Shown here piece by piece: positions 57,344-64,000 of a stretch of DNA of 64,000 nucleotides; the first letter of the stretch is position 1; each line of letters opens with the position of its first letter. The notes under the pieces are model-generated. The model ran no database searches. It was not told the DNA's origin and saw nothing but the letters and a program-made list of their open reading frames with translations. The stretch is taken from positions 4,096,001 to 4,160,000 of the forward strand of contig CBDCOH010000002.1 in assembly GCA_965219685.1 (NCBI GenBank), read 5' to 3'. The DNA is from Candidatus Spongiisociaceae bacterium (GTDB taxonomy: Bacteria > Actinomycetota > Acidimicrobiia > Spongiisociales > Spongiisociaceae). Position numbers and translations under genes: made by a program.

Positions 57344-58036
57344 CTACTCCTCCTCGAGCCAGACCAGTTCGTAGTTGACCTTCCAGTCGCCGCCGACGAA
57401 GCCCTTCACGAACAGGTAGTAGCCGTCGGCGGATACCCACACGTCGTAGGGTGGATGATCGTTGGAAGTCTCGACGAACCGTACGTGATGGCACGGGAAG
57501 GTTCCCGAGCGGACCGTGATCTCCTCGTCGCCCAGGTACTCGACGCTCGCCCCGACGAACTCGAGATGAGGTCCGGTGGCGCCGATGTGATGAGAGGAGC
57601 AGAACGGCATGTTCTCCAGGCTCTGGCGCCCGGTCTGGGTGTAGTCGAGTCTGGCCAGGATCCAGGCATCCGATTGCAGGGCGTGGGTTCCGAGGGTGGC
57701 CGAAGAGGACTCACGTGAGGCGTTCTGGGAGATCCTCCCCGCGTCGGTCAGGGCCTCGCATTCGATCGAGTCGTCGGTGAACCTGTACCAGGCCGTGCCC
57801 TGGGTGTTGTCGTCGACCATGACCCGGATGGAGGCGTCGCGTGGTGAGTAGTCCTCGTCCATCGCCAGGACGACATCCCGGATGATCCTGTTGTCGTACA
57901 GTTGGCAGAACGACCGCAGCACCCTCAGGCCGTCGCCGTGCGTGGTGATGGTGAAGTCCTCCCGGCTGCGCTTGTGGTCCTCGTCGCGTTCCTGGTACCA
58001 GGAGACGATCCGTCCCCTCAACGTGGTGTGATCCAT
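57344..58036 (-). CDS. Uncharacterised beta-rich protein, paralog 3 of 3
   Basis: HTTLRGRI, REDF, HGDG.R, RDV, THALQSDAW, YLGDEEITVRSGTF, YEL. Confidence 0.78.
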   Translation of the reverse strand: MDHTTLRGRIVSWYQERDEDHKRSREDFTITTHGDGLRVLRSFCQLYDNRIIRDVVLAMDEDYSPRDASIRVMVDDNTQGTAWYRFTDDSIECEALTDAGRISQNASRESSSATLGTHALQSDAWILARLDYTQTGRQSLENMPFCSSHHIGATGPHLEFVGASVEYLGDEEITVRSGTFPCHHVRFVETSNDHPPYDVWVSADGYYLFVKGFVGGDWKVNYELVWLEEE

Positions 58037-58204
58037 CTTGGCGCTCTCCCTGAATCTCGCGAATGTGATCACTCTATCGAACCGGAATGTTCTGCCGTCG
58101 GTGCTCCGTTGTCTTCCCGTTCCGGGGATGGGAGGGGGTGAGCCCTCAACACCGAACGCTGTCGCATCGCGGTGGGAGGATCAGAGCCGGCAGTCCGCCG
58201 ATGC

Positions 58205-59026
58205 CTAGCCGAAGTCGATTGCGTCGAAGCCGTCGGGGAACGCCGGGGGAGTGTCATGCCAGTCGACCGCCATTGCGCTCGAGGAGCGGCAGAGGCCGAT
58301 GACGTAGGTGTCGGTTCCGGATCCGGGGCCGGAGTGGCCGATCTCCGCCGGTCGGTAGAAGTATCCCCCCGCTTCGTACGGGATCATCCTCGTCCCGTCC
58401 GGGAACACCTCGCCGTTCTGTATCGCCCCCTCCAGAAAGTACACCTCCTCCGCGCAGGGGTGCGTCTCCCACTTGCTGATCTCCCTGCCCCAGTGGATGA
58501 GGCCGATGATCCAGGTGCGGGCCCCGTTGTCCGGATCCTCGGCCAATCGCTTGTGCAACAGGCCGGGGGTGACCCCCGGCGTGGTGGATGCGACCCAGCT
58601 CATCTCGTGCAAGGACAGGGGTTCGAGATCGTCCGGCTCGGTCCGACTCTTGTCGGGAACCATCTCCAGGCGACCGTTGGAGAACATGAGGAAGCGGCAT
58701 CCTGAGTCGCCCGCCTCGATACCCGACACGGTGGTTCCGGCGGGGACCCGCAGGTAGCTGTAATGCCGGAGAGTCTCGTCCCCGACGCGCAACTCACCCT
58801 TGAGGACGAACACTTCGGTGACGGTGGAGAACGACTTGGCACCTTCGGAGGACCACCCACCCGGCGCGGTCACCACCTGCGACACCGACCCGTCGGCTGA
58901 TCGGCTGAGAACCCTTGTGGTGGGGCCATCGAGCATGCCGGGCACTCTCAGGGGCTGGTCGACGAGCGCGTCCGTTCGGACCCCGGCCAGGAACGTCGTC
59001 GATCGGTCAAACTCCTCAGGTCCCAA
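58205..59026 (-). CDS. Bicupin (ChrR/DUF4437-like) protein
   Basis: EVFVLKG; ETHPCAEEVYFLEG..GYFYRPAEIGH; AGGAGG before TTG59026. Confidence 0.75.
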   Translation of the reverse strand: MGPEEFDRSTTFLAGVRTDALVDQPLRVPGMLDGPTTRVLSRSADGSVSQVVTAPGGWSSEGAKSFSTVTEVFVLKGELRVGDETLRHYSYLRVPAGTTVSGIEAGDSGCRFLMFSNGRLEMVPDKSRTEPDDLEPLSLHEMSWVASTTPGVTPGLLHKRLAEDPDNGARTWIIGLIHWGREISKWETHPCAEEVYFLEGAIQNGEVFPDGTRMIPYEAGGYFYRPAEIGHSGPGSGTDTYVIGLCRSSSAMAVDWHDTPPAFPDGFDAIDFG

Positions 59027-59135
59027 AGTGCCTCCTGCGCCGCGCTCCCGCAACCGTATCAGCCTGCCGGCGTGACCGCGCCACTCCATCGGATGACGGG
59101 CGACCGGCAAACTGACAACCGGCTACGATGCAGGG

Positions 59136-59606
59136 ATGCTGCTGCCGAACAGTCCCGCACCCCAGTTCACCCTTCTGGATCAGGAAGGGGCGGAGGTCCG
59201 ACTATCCGACTTTCGCGGGCGGTGGGTGGTCCTCTGGTGGTATGCGAAAGCGGCGACCGAGGGCTGAAGGCGCGAGGGTGTGGGGTTCCGTGCCAGAACC
59301 CCTGAATTCGAGTCAGAGGATGTGGTTATCCTGGGAGCCTCCTACGACAAGCCGGCGGAGAACCGCGCGTGGCATGAGGATATGGGCTTCGGGTTCCGGC
59401 TCCTGTCGGACACCGATCGCACTGCTGCGGAAGCGTACGGGGTTGTCAGGCCGCCGACCGACCGGTTCGCCGCCTACCCCGCGCGCGCCACTTTCGTCAT
59501 CGATCCGGCCGGGCTGGTCGGTTTGGTGTACGTGGTGGCGGGTAGCCAGATCGACAGCCACGCCTCCACGGTCCTCGAGGATCTGCGCATCCTCAAGCTG
59601 GAGTGA
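59136..59606 (+). CDS. BCP/PrxQ-type peroxiredoxin, selenoprotein (UGA at codon 44)
   Basis: APQFTLLDQEG..LSDFRGRWVVLWWYAKAATEG-TGA-RREG..LLSD..AYGV..RATFVID; TGA 59265-59267 sits at the peroxidatic Cys position. Confidence 0.9.
59282..59302 (+). promoter_or_regulatory. Putative bacterial SECIS hairpin
   Basis: GGGGTTC-CGTGCCA-GAACCCC; loop starts 21 nt after the UGA. Confidence 0.7.
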
Positions 59607-59823
59607 CGGTACTCGCTTTCCCGACCCTGATTGCTGGACGAGTGGTTCCAAGGGATCTCACCGGAAGCGACAGCACTGTACTATTGGTACACAACGATGT
59701 ACAACGCACCTGTAGCTTGTACTTGCCTGTGCTTGGGCTCGGATTCACCCACTTCGACTTTCAGGACAGCCCTCTGCGCCACCGCGAAACCCGAACCGCG
59801 CTCCAGAGACCGGAAAGACCCGA

Positions 59824-59871
59824 TCTAACGCCAACCACCGATCCCCCGACTACCGACTAGGAACTAATCGT
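59824..59871. repeat. Degenerate heptamer array CCGACTA-like
   Basis: ccgacta ccgacta ggaacta preceded by degenerate units. Confidence 0.7.
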
Positions 59872-60708
59872 CTAGGACGGATCGGGGTAGGCAGCCACGA
59901 TCTGGCGGGATCTGCGGACCACAGCTTCGTCGATCATGCGACCGTGCTCGTCGACGATGATGCCGCGCCCGGAAGCGACGGCCCGGTCGTAGGCCTCGAC
60001 CATCCGGCGCGCCTCCTCCAACTCGCCGGCGCCGGGTGTGAAGGTCTCGTTGATGATCCGGATGTGGGCCGGATGGATGGCGGAACGGCCCGCGAAACCC
60101 GTGTCCGCCAGTTCCTGCGTGGAGCGCCTGAGTTCGTCGAGGGTGCTCATGTCCAGATTGGTGTAGACCGGCCCGATCGGGCCTCCTATCCCTGCGGCCG
60201 CCGACGCCCACACCAGCATGGACCGGGGGGCGAGCCAGGCAGGATGTTCCGGCGGCACGGACATCCCGAGGTCGGCGCCCATGTCCGCCTCGCCTGCCAT
60301 CAGGCGGATCACCCGTTCATGAGCCGCCATCGACGGTGCATCGAGCAGTCCCCGACCGCTCTCGACCAGGGCAGTGAGACCAATGCCTTCTGCAGCCCCG
60401 GCATCGGCGATCCGTTCGATGAGCCGGATGTCGGCCTTGGGGACCACGATCGTGTCGATGTCGAGTCCGGCGAGAGCGTCGAGGTCCGACGAGAGGTGGT
60501 CCGGGTGGCTGTTGATCCTCACGCCCACGCTTGCACCGTCGTGTTTCAGTCGAGGGATCGCCCTCTGCGCCTCCCGGCGGGCCAGTTGCTTGGAGCCCAC
60601 GGCAACCGCGTCCTCCAGATCGACCAGCACCAGGTCGGCCTGGCGCTGCGCCGCCTTCACCAGCATCTTCGGCCGGTCGGCCGGTACGTACAGGACACTG
60701 CGGATCAT
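59872..60708 (-). CDS. CitE/HpcH-like CoA ester lyase
   Basis: RSVLYVPADR, DLEDAV, VRIN, GRSAIHP, GRMID. Confidence 0.92.
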   Translation of the reverse strand: MIRSVLYVPADRPKMLVKAAQRQADLVLVDLEDAVAVGSKQLARREAQRAIPRLKHDGASVGVRINSHPDHLSSDLDALAGLDIDTIVVPKADIRLIERIADAGAAEGIGLTALVESGRGLLDAPSMAAHERVIRLMAGEADMGADLGMSVPPEHPAWLAPRSMLVWASAAAGIGGPIGPVYTNLDMSTLDELRRSTQELADTGFAGRSAIHPAHIRIINETFTPGAGELEEARRMVEAYDRAVASGRGIIVDEHGRMIDEAVVRRSRQIVAAYPDPS

Positions 60709-60735
60709 CGGACGGAATCGTAGTGCTGGTGGCCG

Positions 60736-61506
60736 TTAGTCTGTCGGTGGACGGAGCGCCTGGAGTAACGGGATCGAGGCGATCTTCTTCTCCGTCAGTA
60801 CGTCCCACTGAACGCTAGGGGGGTCATGCCGGCTTTCGCAGAGGATGACCCGCTCGGGAGTGACGATCAGATCCAGGGACATGTCATGGTCGGTGAGGGG
60901 GATCAAGTCTGGATCCATCACCTGGATCTCATGCACGGTCGTAGCCACAACCGTGTCCGGTCCGATTAGCCCGGCTTCCCAAGCCACCGCGTATTCGAGG
61001 TCGCTGAAGCCTCCGCCCTTGCCCAGGCGGGCTCCGGTCGGGTCCACTGCCACGCAACCCGTGACGACCAGGTCGACCGGCTCCATGTCTTCGACCCGCA
61101 CCGTGTGGGCCGACCGGTTTGCTCCCTTGATCGAGGATGCGGCGCGCGGGGTATCGGCCAGATGGTCGGGATCGAGGTAGAAGAAGGGTTCCGTCCGCGC
61201 GAGCCGTGGCACGGCCATGAAGACCAGTTTCCCGTCCTCGAGAGCCCTCTGCCGGACCGGCCATTGGGGAGAGTCGGGATTCGACTTGACCGTCCGAGCC
61301 GCTGCCCACTCGCCGGTGTGTCGGAGGCGTTCGGCCGCCGCCTCGGCACCCACGAAGTTCGGAATGCGCCCGCGGGCCCCCGGGAAGCGGGAGGCCTTGC
61401 CGCTGATCAGGCGGTCCCAGACCATCTCGCGCAGGTCCGCCTTGGCGGCCAGTACGGCAGTATCGCCGCCGGCGTCGTGATCGTGGCGAGGTGCGGAACG
61501 GGCCAT
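60736..61506 (-). CDS. 5-formyltetrahydrofolate cyclo-ligase family (COG0212-like)
   Basis: RIPNFVGA, NPDSPQ, RLGKGGGFSDLE, DLIVTP. Confidence 0.88.
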   Translation of the reverse strand: MARSAPRHDHDAGGDTAVLAAKADLREMVWDRLISGKASRFPGARGRIPNFVGAEAAAERLRHTGEWAAARTVKSNPDSPQWPVRQRALEDGKLVFMAVPRLARTEPFFYLDPDHLADTPRAASSIKGANRSAHTVRVEDMEPVDLVVTGCVAVDPTGARLGKGGGFSDLEYAVAWEAGLIGPDTVVATTVHEIQVMDPDLIPLTDHDMSLDLIVTPERVILCESRHDPPSVQWDVLTEKKIASIPLLQALRPPTD

Positions 61507-61544
61507 TGGCGATCGACCTTACTCTGAGCCCATTGGCGAGCGAA

Positions 61545-61698
61545 TACCATCCACCACTCACCACTCACCACTCACCACTCACCACTCACCACTCACAATC
61601 CGCCATTCACCACTCACTATTCACAATCCGCCATTCACCATTCACTATTCACCATTCACCATCCGCCATTCACCATTCACCACTCACCACTCCCCACC
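61545..61698. repeat. Heptamer tandem array CACCA(C/T)T-like x22
   Basis: Continuous 7-bp phase counted across 154 bp between divergent genes. Confidence 0.95.
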
Positions 61699-61742
61699 CG
61701 CGCTACCGTCACGCGGTCATCGCGTACCGGGAGATACAGAAC

Positions 61743-62495
61743 ATGGGCCGAGTCCTGGTAGCCGGATTGATCCTGCTCCTGGCAGCGGGCGCGTGCGGGA
61801 GATCGGCCGGCGACCCGGGCGATCTACGGGAGTTGGTGGTGTCGGCCGCGGCCTCGCTCACCGATGCGTTCCGGGAGATCGAAACGGCCTTCGAAGAGAC
61901 GAATCCGGGTGTGGATGTGATCCTCAACGTGGGGGGTAGTGCCGTCCTCCGGGAACAGATCCTTTCGGATGCCCCGGTTGGAGTGTTCGCGTCCGCCAGC
62001 CTCCGGATCATGGACCAGGTCGCGGACGCCGGCCGGATCGAAGGTCCCTACCGGGTGTTCGCTCACAACCGCATGACGATCGCGGTTCCCGCGGGCAACC
62101 CGGCGGGGATCCTCGGCCTGGACGACTTGGCAAACGAGACGCTCCTGGTGGGCTTGTGTGCGCCGGCGGTTCCGTGTGGCTACCTGGCACGGGAGGTGCT
62201 GGCCGAGGCCGGGGTCCGTCCGGCCCTGGACACCGAGGAGACCAATGTACGGGCTCTGCTCACCAAGGTGGAGGCCGGGGAGCTCGACGTGGCGATCGTG
62301 TACGTCACCGACCTCGCGGCCTCGGATGGGGTGGAGGGGATACCGATCGCCGACCGCTACAACGTGGACGCCGAGTACCCGATCGGGGTGCTGAACGGAT
62401 CACCGCAGTCGGCCGACGCCCGAGTGTTCGCCGCATTCGTCCTGTCCGCGGAAGGGAGGCGGATACTGGAAGGTCACGGGTTTTCTCTACCGTAG
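61743..62495 (+). CDS. modA: Molybdate ABC substrate-binding lipoprotein
   Basis: LAAGAC lipobox, AAASLTDAF, VFASA, VPCG, VYVTD. Confidence 0.93.
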   Translation: MGRVLVAGLILLLAAGACGRSAGDPGDLRELVVSAAASLTDAFREIETAFEETNPGVDVILNVGGSAVLREQILSDAPVGVFASASLRIMDQVADAGRIEGPYRVFAHNRMTIAVPAGNPAGILGLDDLANETLLVGLCAPAVPCGYLAREVLAEAGVRPALDTEETNVRALLTKVEAGELDVAIVYVTDLAASDGVEGIPIADRYNVDAEYPIGVLNGSPQSADARVFAAFVLSAEGRRILEGHGFSLP

Positions 62496-62501
62496 GCGTC
62501 T

Positions 62502-63344
62502 ATGAGCGTCACGCGCCGCAAGAGACGAGACGGGGGCCCTCCCCGGTCAGCCAGGCGCCGTCCTCGGCGCTCGCCCCCGATGTTCATCCTCATCCCGGCC
62601 GCCATCGGACTCGCGCTGTTCGTGGTCCCGGTGCTGGGTCTCCTCATGCGTACACCGTGGCAGGACCTGCCCTCGCTGCTATCCGCGGAGATGGTGATCG
62701 ACACGCTGTGGCTTTCCCTGATCTCGTCGGTGGCCGCGGCGGTGATCTCCCTTGCCGTCGGTGTGCCGCTCGCCTGGGTGCTGGCTCGCTCCGATCTGCC
62801 GGGAAGGTCGGTGGTCAGAGGTCTGGTGCTTCTCCCAATGGTCCTGCCGCCGGTCGTCGGGGGCGCAGTACTGCTGTTCGCGCTCGGACGGCGAGGGCTG
62901 GTGGGCGCGCCGCTCGAGCGGGTGACCGGTATCACCCTCCCGTTCACCACCTGGGGCGTGATCGTGGCCGTCTCGTTCGTGGCCATGCCGCTGATGGTCA
63001 TCACGGTCGAGGGAGCATTGCGCAACCTCGACACGGGCTTCGAGCGGGCCGCCGAGACGCTGGGCGCAGGGCGGTGGACGGTGCTGCGGCGGGTGACCCT
63101 TCCCATGATCGCTCCGTCGCTGGTTGCCGGGACCGCTTTGACCTGGGCCCGGGCGCTGGGCGAGTTCGGCGCCACCCTCACCTTTGCGGGCAACCTGCAG
63201 GGCCGGACCCAGACCCTGCCCCTGGCGGTGTTCGTCGCCCTCGAGAGCGACCGGGACACAGCTATAGCCCTGAGCCTGCTGATGGTGGCCGTCTCGCTGG
63301 CAGTTCTTGTCGCGCTTCGAGACCATTGGTGGAGGAGAAGATGA
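62502..63344 (+). CDS. modB: Molybdate ABC permease
   Basis: LPMVLPPVVGG, WARALGEFGAT, TQTLPL. Confidence 0.95.
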   Translation: MSVTRRKRRDGGPPRSARRRPRRSPPMFILIPAAIGLALFVVPVLGLLMRTPWQDLPSLLSAEMVIDTLWLSLISSVAAAVISLAVGVPLAWVLARSDLPGRSVVRGLVLLPMVLPPVVGGAVLLFALGRRGLVGAPLERVTGITLPFTTWGVIVAVSFVAMPLMVITVEGALRNLDTGFERAAETLGAGRWTVLRRVTLPMIAPSLVAGTALTWARALGEFGATLTFAGNLQGRTQTLPLAVFVALESDRDTAIALSLLMVAVSLAVLVALRDHWWRRR

Positions 63345-64000
63345 GCGGCGGCCTCGACGCCCGCGTCGTGGTGGAGCGGGAAGGCTTCCTTCTCGACGTG
63401 TCCTTGAGCATCCCGTCAGGCCGGACGGTGGCGGTACTCGGCCCGAATGGGGCGGGGAAGACCACCCTGGTGGAGGCCCTGGCAGGGTTGGTGCCCCTGG
63501 ACCGCGGGTCCGTGACGCTCGGGGGCCGGCTCCTCGACGCTCCCGGCGAGGGTGTGTTCGTCGAGCCGTACCGGAGGCGCGTGGGGGTGGCCTTCCAGGA
63601 CGGGATGCTGTTTCCCCACCTCAGTTCCCTCGAGAACGTCGCGTTCGGACTGCGCGCCGGAGGCGCACCCCGTTCCGAGGCGCGGAGAGCAGCCGGAGAG
63701 TGGCTGGCGGCGGTGGGAATGTCCGACATGGCGGACCGGCATCCGGCGGCGCTTTCCGGGGGCCAGGCGCAAAGAGTGGCCTTCGCACGGGCTCTGGCGA
63801 CGGAACCGGAGATGCTCCTACTCGACGAGCCGTTCTCGGCGCTGGACATCACGACGAGGGCCGGACTCCGGCGAATGCTCAGGGAACACCTCGCCGGTTA
63901 CTCCGGACCCCGCCTCCTGATCACCCACGATCCGACCGAGGCATTCCTGCTAGCCGATGTGCTGGTGATCCTGGAGCAGGGCTCCGTCGTCCAGACGGGC
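63341..64000 (+). CDS. modC: Molybdate ABC ATPase, cut by window end
   Basis: ATG63341 coupled to modB; GPNGAGKT, LSGGQ, LLDEP, ITHD. Confidence 0.92.
   Translation, partial: MSGGLDARVVVEREGFLLDVSLSIPSGRTVAVLGPNGAGKTTLVEALAGLVPLDRGSVTLGGRLLDAPGEGVFVEPYRRRVGVAFQDGMLFPHLSSLENVAFGLRAGGAPRSEARRAAGEWLAAVGMSDMADRHPAALSGGQAQRVAFARALATEPEMLLLDEPFSALDITTRAGLRRMLREHLAGYSGPRLLITHDPTEAFLLADVLVILEQGSVVQTG

Noticed and set aside
59280-59606. Truncated peroxiredoxin pseudogene
   Set aside because: The only stop falls exactly at the catalytic residue and is followed by a hairpin, favouring Sec recoding.
59603-59860. Short ORFs after the peroxiredoxin
   Set aside because: No recognisable motif, atypical composition, and the longest runs into a repeat.
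61491-61742. His-rich N-terminus of ModA (also the ORF start at 66-143)
   Set aside because: It is the translated heptamer array; the lipoprotein signal starts at ATG61743.
1-64000. Integron, prophage, IS element, tRNA or rRNA
   Set aside because: No integrase, transposase, phage gene, attC-like site or RNA-gene signature seen.

Overview
High-GC, actinobacterial-looking window (Acidimicrobiia-like by gene style; inference) with about 65 genes. No rRNA, tRNA, CRISPR, transposase or integrase was seen. Most genes form a dispersed, mixed-orientation catabolic supercluster built from repeated paralog families: 7 two-domain VOC proteins, 5 alpha/beta-hydrolase domains that all carry His instead of Ser at the nucleophile elbow, 5 MmgE/PrpD proteins (4 with a divergent motif), 4 LLM oxidoreductases, 3 paralogs of an uncharacterised ~220-aa protein and 2 bicupins. 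It also has a Mo-hydroxylase, cyclic amidohydrolase, isochorismatase, Cys-less maleate-isomerase-fold protein, CoA-transferases and lyases, peptide-type ABC components and modABC. No dedicated transcription factor was found. Interspersed are three toxin-antitoxin pairs (one frameshifted), an HNH gene with PafBC-type and LexA-type sites, an AAA/DUF4143-like gene and a PLD-nuclease/P-loop fusion. The ORF track misses a selenocysteine peroxiredoxin (59136-59606) with a SECIS-like hairpin. At least 11 heptamer tandem arrays mark gene junctions. All calls come from reading motifs by eye; no searches were run.
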